From: Octopus bimaculoides
Lineage: Eukaryota
Direction of reading: 5' to 3'
Assembly: GCF_001194135.2 (NCBI RefSeq)
Contig: NC_069000.1
Location: 28,891,297 to 28,955,296, forward strand
DNA length: 64,000 nt
This document shows, piece by piece, positions 36,755 through 50,075 of the stretch (positions within the stretch are counted from its first letter, which is position 1; every line of letters starts with the position of its first letter). Both the position numbers and the translations under genes were made by a program. Under the pieces are notes generated by a model. That model worked only from the letters and a program-made list of their open reading frames with translations. It had not been told where the DNA came from and made no database searches.

Positions 36755-37575
36755 CATCAACATCGTTTAACGTCCGCTTTCCATGCTAGCATGGGTTGGA
36801 CGATTTGACTGAGGACTGGTGAAACCGGATGGCAACACCAGGCTCCAATCTAATTTGGCAGAGTTTCTACAGCTGGATGCCCTTCCTAACGCCAACCACT
36901 CAGAGAGTGTAGTGGGTGCTTTTACGTGTCACCCGCACGAAGGCCAGTCAGGCGGCACCGGCAACGGCCACCCTCAAATGGTGCCTTCCATGTGCCACCC
37001 GCACAAGAGCCAGCCCAGGGGCACTGGCAACGATTTCGCTCGAAAATCCTACGAAGNNNNNNNNNNNNNNNNNNNNNNNNNNNNNNNNNNNNNNNNNNNN
37101 NNNNNNNNNNNNNNNNNNNNNNNNNNNNNNNNNNNNNNNNNNNNNNNNNNNNNNNNNNNNNNNNNNNNNNNNNNNNNNNNNNNNNNNNNNNNNNNNNNNN
37201 NNNNNNNNNNNNNNNNNNNNNNNNNNNNNNNNNNNNNNNNNNNNNNNNNNNNNNNNNNNNNNNNNNNNNNNNNNNNNNNNNNNNNNNNNNNNNNNNNNNN
37301 NNNNNNNNNNNNNNNNNNNNNNNNNNNNNNNNNNNNNNNNNNNNNNNNNNNNNNNNNNNNNNNNNNNNNNNNNNNNNNNNNNNNNNNNNNNNNNNNNNNN
37401 NNNNNNNNNNNNNNNNNNNNNNNNNNNNNNNNNNNNNNNNNNNNNNNNNNNNNNNNNNNNNNNNNNNNNNNNNNNNNNNNNNNNNNNNNNNNNNNNNNNN
37501 NNNNNNNNNNNNNNNNNNNNNNNNNNNNNNNNNNNNNNNNNNNNCCAGTCAGACGGCACTGGCAACGGCCACGCT
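36755..37575 (-). mobile_element. RTE 3' tail/UTR (spans an N-gap)
   Basis: CATCGTTTAACGTCCGCTTTCCATGCTAGCATGGGTTGGAC...GGCACTGGCAACG subrepeats. Confidence 0.85.
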
Positions 37576-37607
37576 CATATATATATATATTTATATATAT
37601 ATATACG

Positions 37608-38005
37608 CATGGCTGTGTTGTTGTAAGAAGTTTGGTTCCCAACCACATGGTTCCAGATTTAGTTCCACTGCAGGGCACTTTGAGCAAGTGTCTTCTACTA
37701 TAGCTTGGGCCAACTTGTGAGTGGATTTGGTAGATGGAAACTGAAAGAAGCTTGTCATGTGTGTGTGTGTCTGTGTATATGTGTGTCTTTGTGTCTATGT
37801 TTGTCCCCCCATACTACTTGACAACTGGTGTCCGTGAGTTTACATTCCGGTAATGTAGTGGTTCAGCAAAAGGAACTGATAGCAGTAGTAGTAGTAGGCT
37901 GAAAAAAAAGAGCTCTGGGGTAAATTTGTTCAACTAAAATCCTTCAGGGTGGTGCTCCAGCATGGCTGCAGTCAACAGACTGAAACAAGTAAAAGAAAGA
38001 ATAAA
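37608..38005 (+). mobile_element. SINE family A, near full length
   Basis: Head, central (TG)n and tail all match the family. Confidence 0.88.
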
Positions 38006-39093
38006 AGAATATATGTATGTATGTGTGTGTGTGTATACACACACATATATATATACATACATATACATATATATATACATACATATACATATANNNNNNN
38101 NNNNNNNNNNNNNNNNNNNNNNNNNNNNNNNNNNNNNNNNNNNNNNNNNNNNNNNNNNNNNNNNNNNNNNNNNNNNNNNNNNNNNNNNNNNNNNNNNNNN
38201 NNNNNNNNNNNNNNNNNNNNNNNNNNNNNNNNNNNNNNNNNNNNNNNNNNNNNNNNNNNNNNNNNNNNNNNNNNNNNNNNNNNNNNNNNNNNNNNNNNNN
38301 NNNNNNNNNNNNNNNNNNNNNNNNNNNNNNNNNNNNNNNNNNNNNNNNNNNNNNNNNNNNNNNNNNNNNNNNNNNNNNNNNNNNNNNNNNNNNNNNNNNN
38401 NNNNNNNNNNNNNNNNNNNNNNNNNNNNNNNNNNNNNNNNNNNNNNNNNNNNNNNNNNNNNNNNNNNNNNNNNNNNNNNNNNNNNNNNNNNNNNNNNNNN
38501 NNNNNNNNNNNNNNNNNNNNNNNNNNNNNNNNNNNNNNNNNNNNNNNNNNNNNNNNNNNNNNNNNNNNNNNNNNNNNNNNNNNNNNNNNNNNNNNNNNNN
38601 NNNNNNNNNNNNNNNNNNNNNNNNNNNNNNNNNNNNNNNNNNNNNNNNNNNNNNNNNNNNNNNNNNNNNNNNNNNNNNNNNNNNNNNNNNNNNNNNNNNN
38701 NNNNNNNNNNNNNNNNNNNNNNNNNNNNNNNNNNNNNNNNNNNNNNNNNNNNNNNNNNNNNNNNNNNNNNNNNNNNNNNNNNNNNNNNNNNNNNNNNNNN
38801 NNNNNNNNNNNNNNNNNNNNNNNNNNNNNNNNNNNNNNNNNNNNNNNNNNNNNNNNNNNNNNNNNNNNNNNNNNNNNNNNNNNNNNNNNNNNNNNNNNNN
38901 NNNNNNNNNNNNNNNNNNNNNNNNNNNNNNNNNNNNNNNNNNNNNNNNNNNNNNNNNNNNNNNNNNNNNNNNNNNNNNNNNNNNNNNNNNNNNNNNNNNN
39001 NNNNNNNNNNNNNNNNNNNNNNNNNNNNNNNNNNNNNNNNNNNNNNNNNNNNNNNNNNNNNNNNNNNNNNNNNNNNNNNNNNNTATATACATA

Positions 39094-40021
39094 TCATCAT
39101 CATCATTTAATGTCCATTGTCCATGCTGGCATGGATTCAATGGTTTCACCAGGGCTGGCAAGCTGAGGGGCTGCACCAGACTCGTCTGATTTGTCATGGT
39201 TTCTATGGCTGGATGCCCTTCCTAGTGCTAACCTCTCCAAGAGTGTAATGAGTGCTTTTACGTACCACCGGCACAGGTGCCAGTTACATGGCACCAGCAT
39301 CAGCCACATTGCCTCCATGAGGCCCAATGCTTGAATAGAGCTTTGTATGTGCCACTGGCATGGGGCCAATTATGTGATACTGGCATTGGCCACATTGCCT
39401 CTGTGAAGCCCAACACTCGAATGGTGCTTTTTATCTGCCATCAGCATGAGTGCCAGTTGCGTGATGCCAGCATTGGCCATGACTGCAATTTCACTTGTAC
39501 AGCATATTGCCAAAGCTCTCAGTCACTTGTCATTGCTTCCATGAGGCCCAACATTCAAAGATCATGCTCCACCACCTCATCCCAAGTCTTCCTGGGCCTA
39601 CCTCTACCACAGGTTCCTCCACAGTCAGAGATCGGCACTTCTTTACACAGCTGTCCTCATCCATATGCATCACATGACCATATCAGCACAGTTGTCTCCC
39701 TTGCACACTACCCCAATGCCCCTTATGCATAACTTTTGTCTCAAGATGCTTACACTCTGTCATACAAGAGCACACTGACATTGCACATCCAGCAAAGCAT
39801 ACTAGCTTCATTTCTTTCGAAACCACGCATGTCCTCAGTGGTCACGGACCATGTTTCACTGTCGTGTAGCATAGCTGTTTACACACAAGTATCATACAAT
39901 CTGCCTTTCCCTTTGAGAGGCCCTTTGTTGCCAACAGTGGAAGGAGCTCTTTGAACTTTGCCCAGCCTATTCTCATTCTTACAGCTATGCTCTTGGAGCT
40001 TCTACCTCCACTACTGGTCAC
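39094..40021 (-). mobile_element. 5'-truncated RTE LINE
   Basis: VTSSGG.SS...[21 protein letters not shown]; WPHGSND.; (GAT)n tail at about 39095. Confidence 0.88.
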
Positions 40022-40022
40022 A

Positions 40023-40113
<91 letters not shown>

Positions 40114-40224
40114 ATACATATATATGTGTGTGTGTGTGTGTATACACACATACACACACACACACACACTCTCACACAAACACATATATACATACATACA
40201 CACATACATATATATATATATATT

Positions 40225-40642
40225 ACTCTTTTACTCTTTTACTTGTTTCAGTCATTTGACTGCAGCCATGCTGGAGCACCGCCTTTAGTCGAGCAAATCG
40301 ACCCCAGGACTTATTTTTTGCAAGCCTAGTACTTATTCTATTGGTCTCTTATGCCGAACCGCTAAGTTACGGGGACGTAAACACACCAACATTGGTTGTC
40401 AAGCGATGTTGGCGGGACAAACACAGACACACAAACATATATACACACATACATGTGTATATATATATATATATATATACAACAAGCTTCTTTCAGTTTC
40501 CGTCTACCAAATCCACTCACAAGGCTTTGGTTGGCCTGAGGCTACAGTAGAAGACACTTGCCCAAGGTGCCACGGAGTGGGACTGAAACTGGAACCATGT
40601 GGTTAGTAAGCACGCTACTTACCACACAGCCACTCCTGTGCC
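40225..40642 (-). mobile_element. SINE family A, full length, low divergence
   Basis: AGGCACAGGAGTGGCTGTGTGGTAAGTAGC head through GACTGAAACAAGTAAAAGAG tail; CpGs retained. Confidence 0.92.
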
Positions 40643-40694
40643 TATATATATATATTTAATCAGCTGATATAATTATGCAAGTGGTTTCATTTAT

Positions 40695-43416
40695 TGTTGT
40701 AAAGTGAGTTCCTCCCACTGGAGTGATATGTGATTGCCGTTGTACTGTAGTTGCTATTTTACGCTAGTAACCACAATATTGGATACCATTGTATCTCTTC
40801 ATACTGGAATAGTAATACACTGACTTCTGTCTTAGTGTATAGTAATACACTAATTTCTGTCAACTAAAACTGTTGACTCTCAACTCTTCGACTCTTGACT
40901 CTCTTTATAAAAGGCTAATGGTCTATTTAATAATGGCTGTTTCCTACCGCTTTTTACCAGGAGGGGTATACAGTTTTACTATAAAACATCTCTCTTTTTA
41001 ATTATTTTATTTAACAATAAATTTCTTTTATTCACCCCACCTCCTCCATTTTTTTAATATATTCAATATCTTTTCTTCTGTATGTGTAGTTTCAACTTCT
41101 TGTAATGGTGTTGGAACCTGAAAGTGTCATATAGCCAATCCATCGGTATTTCTACTCTTGTTGGTTCCTTTTCTATGACTCTTTCTTTCAGCTGATTTCT
41201 ATGTCTCCTTTCCATTCCATTTCTGCTTCTTACACCATACATCATTCTTCCTATGCATGTTACAATTTCTCCTTCTTCTCAGTAGTGCTTGCCATTTTTG
41301 TACATTCTTACATATACCTTATTACCTATTCTAAGGAATTTTGACATGCCTTTTCTAGCACATATCTTTTTCTTCACTGGTTACAGTTTATCAAATACTG
41401 ACTTCACCTTTCTGGTTAACATTAATTCTGCTGGTGAACTTCCTTCTGGCACATTTGGGTTCGGAGTTACCCTGTATACCCTTAAGAATTGTTGGATCAT
41501 GACCTCATTTGTGGCTTCCTTATTAGCTTTCTTGAAAGCTCTCTTAAAAGTGTCCATGAACCATTTGGCTCCTCTATTTGATCTAAGGTGATACAGTGCT
41601 ATAGTTTTATGTTCTAACATGAACATCTCACAGAATCTTTTAAACTCACAGGATACAAACTGTATTCCATCATCTGAGACAATTATATCTGGTACACCAA
41701 ATCTTATGAACAGCTCGTGTAAGAAGTTTATTACATATATTAGAGGCTGGTTGTTCACACCTTGCAACCTCAGGCCATTTTGTGTAGCTGTCCACTACTA
41801 TTAAGCAATAATATCCATTTACCAGGCCTGCAAAATTGATATGCAATCAGGACCATGGTATTTTCACTTCCAGCAAAGGTTCACATTTTGTTGTAGATAG
41901 TTTCGCTGCCAGCGTACATCCTCTGCAGCCTTTTACCAGGTTTTCAATTTCCTTGTCCATGCTTGGCCAGTATATGATGTCACTTCTTGTGTCTAATTGC
42001 ATTCTGATACCAGCGGTTTCAACATTCATGAATTTTTTGCTTGTTGTAGTCACAACTTTTCCTGCTGATAAACTATTTATATTTTCTTGTGCCATTTTCC
42101 TATTATTCTAGTTTTGCAGGGCGATTTTGTATGCCCTGTAAAACCGCAGTGAAAACACTTTGCTTTTTTTTTACAGAAAAACATTTTACAGGTGCATCCC
42201 ACCACATGCCATACATAGGTTTACATCCCAATATTCTTTCTGTTTTTCCTGCAACACTTTTTCTTTCATTTTTTTGCACTGGTCTTATGAGAAAACACTC
42301 TTTCTGTTGAATTTCTTCTGTGCCATGCCTTAATTTTAATATCCTGTCACACTCTTCCGATTGCTAGAATTTTTGTTCGGATTTCTGCATCTCTTTTATC
42401 TGTCAATCCTTGTGCAAAATTCACACTTGAAAGAATCTGGAGTGAGCACATCCAGCCTAAATCTCTTACATTTTTTGTTGATTCTACTTGTGTAAGTAGT
42501 GAAATCTTCATCTTCTCTCTTTTCTATGTTTAAACATTTCCATCTAGTATTAAACAGTGAGCTCTTTTCACTAAACATTTTGCACAAAATGTCAACTGTG
42601 TCAGTGAAATTTATGTCGGATGCTTTTTTTGGCAATATGAAGTTACTATACTTCTCATGCTCTGCTTTCACTAGTTTTCTTAAAACTAGACATGTTTTCA
42701 TCTTGTCTGTCCAATTCTGGCATTCTTTTTCAAAGATTTGTTGAAATCTTCGAAAGTAAGGTTACATCTTCTTCGGGGTCATATTTGAATTTGCTAATGG
42801 AATTTGCTACATGGTTAAGCAAAAATGTATTCTCCGGTTTGGTTATCAACTTCATTAGTTGTAACATTTGCTGCTGCAATCCTTGCTGTTGTTCTTGTTG
42901 TTCTTGTTGTTCCTTGAGTTATTGTTGTTACTGTTTTTGCAACTCAACTACCCCAGCTAACAAGTCTTCCATATCTTAGGATTTCCGTAAGTTCACACAA
43001 GATTTTTGCTTCTTTTTTGTCGAGTTATTTAATTTTCCAAGTAAATTAGTTTAAACTCTGTGCGAATGTTTTTATCACTTTGCGTAAATTTGCTTTTCTT
43101 CGTTGCCACTGTTGTAAAGTGGATTCCTCCCACTGGTGAAGTGTGACTGCCATTGTACTGTAGTTGCTGTTTTATCTTTGTAACCACAATAGTTACTAGT
43201 CATAGGATACCGTCATATCTCTTCATATCAGAATAGTAATACACTAACTTCTTCTATCTTACTATTGCTGATAGCTCCACAAGACACTGACTAGAACTGT
43301 CAACTGTCAACTCTTCGACTCTCGACCCTCTCTTGATGACTGGCTACTGGTCTATTTATAATGGCTACCTCCTGCTACTTTTTACCAGGAGGGGTATACA
43401 ATTTCACAATACAACA
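40695..43416 (-). mobile_element. Gypsy LTR retrotransposon derivative lacking RT and RNase H
   Basis: LTRs at 40695-40988 and 43110-43416 (TG...CA). PBS-like TGGCAACGA lies just inside the 5' LTR and PPT AAAAAGAGAGA precedes the 3' LTR; 5-bp flanks are TTTAT/CTTAT. Coding remnants: gag (KYDPEED, EHEKYSNFILPK), protease start (MQLDTRSDI) joined to integrase (YWPSMDKEIENLVKGCRGC; FGVPDIIVSDDG.QF). Confidence 0.92.
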
Positions 43417-43642
43417 CTTATAAATATTGGTATGAATTGCAAATTTCTTGAATCTTTGATCAATAAATTATTAGGGAGGAGTCACGGGATAATCTATAAT
43501 TTTCAAAATCTACCAATTATGCAAAGAACGGTAAAGAGAAAATTAGAACAGAATAAAAAATAAACACACAGGTAAGAAAGACATACATATATGTAATATA
43601 AAAACACAGATATACATATAAATAAAAAATATACATGTGTGA

Positions 43643-43807
43643 AGGCACAGGAGTGGCTGTGTGGTAAGTAGCTTGCTTACAAACCACATGGTTCTGGGTT
43701 CAGTCCCACTATGTGGCACCTTGGGCAAGTGTTTTCTACTATAGCTTGGGCTGACCAAAGCCTTGTGAATGGATTTGGTAGAAGGAAACTGAAAGAAGCC
43801 CGTCGTA

Positions 43808-43849
<42 letters not shown>

Positions 43850-44069
43850 CACGCGTGTGTGTGTGTATATGTTTGTCCCCCCCAACATCGCTTGACAACC
43901 GATGGTGGTGTGTTTACATCCCCGTAACTTAGCGGTTTGGCATAAGAGACCGATAGAATAAGTACTAAGCTTACAAAGAATAAGTCCTGCGGTCGATTTG
44001 CTTGACTAAAGGCGGTGCTCCAGCATGGCTACAATCAAATGACTGAAACAAGAAAAAGAGTAAAAGAGT
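43643..44069 (+). mobile_element. SINE family A, full length
   Basis: A-box TGGCTGTGTGG, B-box GGTTCAGTCCC, central (TA)n(TG)n, tail GACTGAAACAAGAAAAAGAG. Confidence 0.93.
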
Positions 44070-44150
44070 ACATAGACATGTCAGTATTTATATACACTAT
44101 CTATTTAACTCGCTAAATGTCTACTGTCCATACATCCAATCCATCTAGAC

Positions 44151-44407
44151 TAGTGGTTCTCAACCAATTTTTCCTGTCAGCCCCTTTGATTCCTATTTTA
44201 CTCTACTGGACCTCTGTAGCTACTTGATGTTTGAAAAAAATCCCATTCTATTTAATCAATTACATACTAAAAGGAATTGTATAACAAAAAATAGATGAAA
44301 TATTTTGCATATTGTAGTAGAATACACAATTTATTGCACATAAACTTTAACAACAAAATCTTTTATAGACACCCAAGGATCATATGAACCCCGATTTAGA
44401 ACTACTG
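44151..44407. mobile_element. hAT-Charlie-type MITE
   Basis: TAGTGGTTCTCAAC ... AGAACTACTG termini; 8-bp flanks ATCTAGAC/ATCTAGAA fit the NTCTAGAN target. Confidence 0.75.
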
Positions 44408-44664
44408 ATCTAGAAACATGAAGGAAAGAAATAGAACTCAACGCATGCTTTAGAGATTATTCGTTAATTCAATTCTGAATTCTTCATTTTTTGATATCCT
44501 GGGTTTCTCCATTTCTGTCATGTTCTTCAAGGTATCATCCTAACAGAAATCAAGAGTCCAGATAGATATAGATACGAATATAAATACATAACCAGGGTAG
44601 AAGCAGTGAATATTCTCTTTCTCCATGTTTTTGGAAAAGATATTCATCGTCATGTGGCATCAGA

Positions 44665-45785
44665 TGTCACTGTGTGGTAAGAAATTTGCTTCCCAACCAC
44701 ATCGTTCTGGGTTCAGTCACACTGTGTGGCACCTTGGGCGAGTCTCTTCTACTATAGCCTCAAGCCAACCAAGGCCTTGTGAATGGATTTGCTAGAAAGA
44801 AGTCTGTCATATACATATGTATGTATGTATGTTTTTTTTGTTTGTTTGTGTGTCTTTGTGTCTGTGTTCATTCCCTGCCACTGCTTGACAACAGGTGTTG
44901 ATGTGTCCCTGTAACTTAGCAGCTCAACAAAAGAGCACAATAGAACAAGTACCAAACTTTCAAAAAAATAAGTACTGAGGTTGATTCATTCGACTAAAAA
45001 GTCTTCAAGGTGACACCCCAGCATGGCCGTAGTCTAATGACTGAAACAAGTGAAAGACAAAAGATAAAAGATCACTGTACGGTAGCTGGCCCCTATGATT
45101 TTCCTTTTCTGTCCCCCAAAATTATATCAGCCTTGTTGTATTTGCATTTGACAGAGATGTTGATGGAAATCAGAATATTCCTTTGTGTTCAAACTTACAA
45201 ATGTACTCAATATCAGAAATATTTTCAATGTAGGTGCAGGTGTGGCTGTGTGATAAGAAGCTTGCTTCTAACCACATAGTTCTGGGTTCAGTCTCACTGC
45301 ATGGCACCTTGGACAAGAGTCTTCTCCTATAGCCTCACGTCGACCAAAGCCTTGTGAGTAGATTTGGTAGACAGAAATGGAAATAAGCCTGTTGTAAATA
45401 TATATATATATATATATTTATATTGATAGAAAGGACAACAAAAGAAAGAAAGAGACCTCGATATTATGTAAATAGAGGAATTTATTTGTAAAAATATGTG
45501 ACACTTATTTTTACAGGTATATATATTTATATATATATTTATGTATGTATTTGTATATGTGTGTCTTTGTGTCTGTTTGTCCCCATCACCATTGCTTGAC
45601 AACTGATGTTGGTGTGTTTATATCCCCATAACTTACTGGTTCAGTAAAAGAGACTGATAGAATAAATATTAGGCTTACAAAGAATAAGTCCTGGGATTCA
45701 TTTCTTTGACTAAAAACCCCTTTAAGGTGGTGCTCCAGCATGGCCGCAGTCAAATGCCTGAAACAAATAAAGGAATAAAAGAATT
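44665..45785 (+). mobile_element. Two further SINE family A copies (44665-45070; 45235-45785)
   Basis: Family head and tail motifs; the second copy has ~130 bp of foreign sequence in its central TA tract. Confidence 0.85.
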
Positions 45786-46083
45786 TGTCCTAGTGAAGTC
45801 TTTTCTACAGATGACATTTGATATTGTTTTAACATGTTGCCATGTTGGAAGGGACCTTAATGACATCTGGGAACAGCTGTTGACCATATTTGATATTTTC
45901 TACAGATATGTGACAAAATCAACATTTTCACTTGCATTTTGACTTTCTTCTTACTCTTGTCTAACAGATTGTTTTGTAGCTATCTCTGAAAGATAGTAGA
46001 AGTTTAAGATTTAGAAATGAGGCTTGATATAATATTGCAATAAGTCAGAGAACAGTTGCTATGTGTATGCGTCCATGTATATT

Positions 46084-47347
46084 CTGGGCTTTGCAAAAGT
46101 CCAGTTACACTCGGTTTTGATCTTTGAGAGGTTAATGTATGTAATAGAAAAGGTGCCATCAAATATACTTAAAGTTCGACTTTCCCAGCACATATCATTA
46201 AAACATCTTTTCCATTGTGTGCAGGTGTATTGAGATGGAAGCAAAAAAAATCAGGAAATCTGCTCTCCTGCGCACAGGTCACAACAAGTCTGACATCACC
46301 AAGTAGCTCAATGTCTGCTGAATGACTGTCCACAGAGTCACGGACAGGCTCAAGACCAGGAAATGATTGACCTCGATCAGGCAGACCTCAAGTTGTCAGC
46401 TGTTTGACTGTGAGAAAGACCTTTGAAAATGATCTGAAGCTCAAAATGTCTGCACTTGCAAAGAACAACACTTCAGCGGCCACAGTGTCCAGGACCATCA
46501 AGGAGGAGAGTGGCAAGAGCTTGAGGTGCATGAAAAGGCCTCTTCTCATCGACCATATACAGGAACAACGTTGGGAGCACTGTCATCGCCTTCTCAATGA
46601 CTTGAAGTGTCATGGCAATCGAATTCTCATTTTTCTGATGAAAAAACTTTCCTGGTCGATCTAGTCATCAACATGCAGAATAACCATGTGGTTAGCTTTG
46701 GCCAGGATGTCTCCAAGGTCTGCTATGTATCCACGAATAAGTACCTGGCCCTCATCATGATGCTTGACATCGTGGCTTCGAATAATGAGGAGATGTTACT
46801 GATGTGGTTCACGACCAGTTACAGGCTCACTGTGGCTGACTGCAGGGACATGTTGGCCACAAAAGTCCTGCTCTGGGTGAGAAAGATCATGAAGAAGGCA
46901 GACTGTGTCTTTCAGCAGGACGGTGCCTCAGCCCACTCAGTCAAAGCCATGCAAGAGTGGTTGGGGTCAAACACGAACTTCTAGTCAAAGGACTTTTGAC
47001 TGTCACCCAACCTCAATCCCCTCAACTACACCATGTGGGCACATGTCAAGGTATGGCCTGCAAGGTCCACTACAGCAACATCGATGAGCTGAAGTCCTCT
47101 GTCAATTGCATGTGGGCCAGCATGAGGAAGGACTTTGTCCACAACATGTACATAGCCTTGAGGTCTCACCAGGAGCATGTGTTCGCCATCAAGGGTGGCC
47201 ATATTGATCAATATTAATATTTAAACACAAATTTATATGTTAAACAATAAAAACATGTCTAACTGCATCAAAACATGTCTAACTGCATCATTGTGTCATT
47301 TGTTGAGAGCATTGTAACGAGTGTAACAGGACTTTTGCAAAGTCCAG
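46084..47347 (+). mobile_element. Full-length maT/DD37D-like Tc1/mariner transposon (decayed)
   Basis: 30-bp TIRs CTGG(G/A)CTTTGCAAAAGTCC(A/T)GTTACACTCG. Translation includes IFSDEKTF, VFQQDGASAH...WLGSNTNF and SPNLNPLNY. Confidence 0.93.
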
Positions 47348-47364
47348 TATGTATGTATGAATGT

Positions 47365-47950
47365 ATATGTGTATGCATGTGTGTACAAGGTGCAAGAAGT
47401 ATATGAAACATATTTGGAAATTTAATAAAACAACTCTAACGCATCAAAAATTAAATGCTTTTTAATAAAAATATACGCATAAATTCTTGAAAAGCTTTCC
47501 TATAAGATTATTCTATGAATCCAACTTCCGCTGCGATAACTCTTTCAATGCAGGCCAGAATTAGAGACATGCTTGCACTAAATAGCCCTTATTCATTTCA
47601 GACGTCACCTGGACAATGATGGCCCTCAGTGAAATTATGAGACTATAGAGATGTTGATTAGTCTTCCTTCCAATAATACTCCAAATATAGACTTCTATGA
47701 GATTTAAATCTGGAGACTATGGAAGTCACAAGTTTAGTGTTACATAATTGTTAAGATTGCTTGACATCCATTCTTGAGCTACATGGGCTTTGTGAGATGG
47801 TAATGAGTCTTGTTGAAACACATGTAGCCTCCCACATGCATACTTCATGGGCTTAACAGCTGTCTACAGCACTTCAACATATCTAGCAGCATTAATTCTA
47901 AAATCTTGTGGAAAAATGTCAGGTGGCATAACACGAACTTCATTACTCAC
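47365..47950 (-). mobile_element. Second maT-like transposon, 3' fragment
   Basis: TIR-like TACAAGGTGCAAGAAGTATATG; minus strand HVFQQDSLPSHKAHVAQEWM...SPDLN. Confidence 0.75.
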
Positions 47951-48142
47951 CACTCCTAAAATACATACATGTACTCTTACTTGAAGCCTACTGTTTGTAG
48001 TTGTTGATCTTGATTATTTTTTCTCTTATTTGATGCTGGTCTAACAACTTCACATACTTAGAGAGGAGCACTTGTGTCATACAAGTATTTGTTACATTTG
48101 ATCTGCACATATATTTGTTTCTCCATCTTTTTCTCTTTCCAG

Positions 48143-48334
48143 TGCAAGTCAAGACTCAAATTTCTTGGCACCAAAAGCAGACTGTGGACATTTTGTGGCT
48201 GCGATCAGAGTATCCACGTGTGTCTGTCACCATGAAGTACCGCCACTATTGTAGTTTCCACACGTGTGATGAATTTTTTGTCACCTGTAGTGCCTCTGGC
48301 ATTTGGATGTTGGAATCTTGGTGCTGCCATACAG
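48143..48334 (+). CDS. Candidate internal exon (192 nt, phase 1-1) of an unidentified gene; weak sushi/CCP-like Cys pattern
   Basis: Strong polypyrimidine acceptor (TTTCTCCATCTTTTTCTCTTTCCAG) and CAG|GTACAT donor. One frame is fully open: QVKTQ...YRHYCSFHTCDEFFVTCSASGIWMLESWCCHT. Confidence 0.35.
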
Positions 48335-49019
48335 GTACATATATGTTTTCATCATCATAGGGTTCATGACAGGGAGGCACTACAGCTTAAAAGGAAAGAG
48401 GAAGGGAGTGAAAATGATGCTGAGTTGACAGCCACTATGTTTGGCTGGCTGGCTGGATGGATGGATAGATATGTGTGTGAGTGTGTGTATGTATGTATGT
48501 GGATACATCCAAAAGCTAAACATGGACACCTCTTGGGTGTCCATGTTTACTTGAGACACCCAGCAGCACCAGTGTTGAGGAAAGGATCATTTTGAACCAG
48601 ATGCTTTGGGCTGGTCATATCATATTAATATCTGAGAGATCTTGCATCAGGGAGCTGTGGAGGAATCTGACAGCTACTAGTGTTAAAGAATTCAAGGACA
48701 ACAGGATTGCATACACTGAGTTGAAAGATACTAGTAAATATATTGTGGATGTGAACCCTCTCCCCAAAAAGGGCATGATAAAGTCTCCTTGTGTGTGTGT
48801 GTGAATTATTAGGTTTGGTTCTTGATTTCTTACCAATGGAGAAAGAATCAGTTTCTAACCTAGATCTAAGGCTCCTTCATTAGCATCAATGTTGTGCATG
48901 TATGTATATCTATGAGTATTTTGGATCAGTGCATATGCAGATTTGTGTTCTGTTTTATATATGTATACTCATACTTATAGTTGCATATCTGGACATGTGC
49001 CTATGTGCTAAATGCTAAA

Positions 49020-50075
49020 CTTTTAAAAAGTTTTTCATATTTTCTTGTAATTGTTATTTAATTGGCTTTCTTTTGTCTGGTCTTGAAAACCCTAATTTCT
49101 CAAAATTGGTGCTGAGGCAGTTTGTTACATATCCCAAAGCTCCAATAATTATGGATACAATCTGAACTTGTAATCCAAATGGAATTGCTGTAAATTTTTC
49201 AATAGCCCGGTGTAGGTGTTTTCTTGTCTATTGCTCTTTAGTTTTATGCTGACATCTGCTGGGCAACTGATTACACCTACTGTGCATGGTTTTTCTTCTC
49301 TCTCTCAAAATCACTATGTTTGATATAATTATGTTTGCATTTTATTGAAGTTTTCATTACAATATTCCACCAATACTTTTTCATACGAGTGGCTATGGCC
49401 TCTCCATGCTATGGGTTCTTATCTCATTGGCCTCAAGATTATCCTTGCGATGGATTTCATTGTATAGTGTCTTGGCTGCAATAATATGCCTCATTGGTAG
49501 ATAACATAATAAAATTTTAGGACAACTGCATATAATGTGGATGATATCTTTGGTGTTAACTTCACAAAGTCTGCATTGGTTATCACATTTCGGTGTTTTC
49601 CTTGTGTCCTTGTTCCTTTTGTGTATCAGGAATCTGGTTGCTATTCCCTGATCCTGGATTGAAAAATATATATTTATTTGGTAAGAGTTAGTCATCCAGT
49701 TGTTAGTCTACAATAGACTGCTTTGATTATAAATGTTGTTGTCATCCTGGAGTTTTCTGTTAATATATCCATGCTAAGTCTTTTGCTGATTTGCAGACAT
49801 CCTTTCATCTGATATGTTGAAGTAGAGTCATGCAACTTCATTGAGCATTATTAGACAAAGTAATGTTGTTCAAGGAGCTGCTTTCCAAGTTTCATAACAG
49901 ATGTCTCATCTATGCATTTGGTCAAGAGATGCACTTCGACTTTTGCTGGTTAAAAGATGTTGCCAAAGGGATATGATGTGACATTCAAATTCTGTTTGAA
50001 TAAATATAAAGCCTCTGCCTCATTGTTTCCATTTTAAGTAAGAATGGTCTACATCAGTTTAATGTGAAAAGTATT
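49020..50075 (-). mobile_element. Decayed R4/Dong-like non-LTR retrotransposon 3' part (CCHC finger and REL endonuclease)
   Basis: LK.KQ.GRG; IQDQGIATR; CRLCEVNTKDIIHIICSCP...RH..AKTLY; ISCPADV. Confidence 0.78.
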
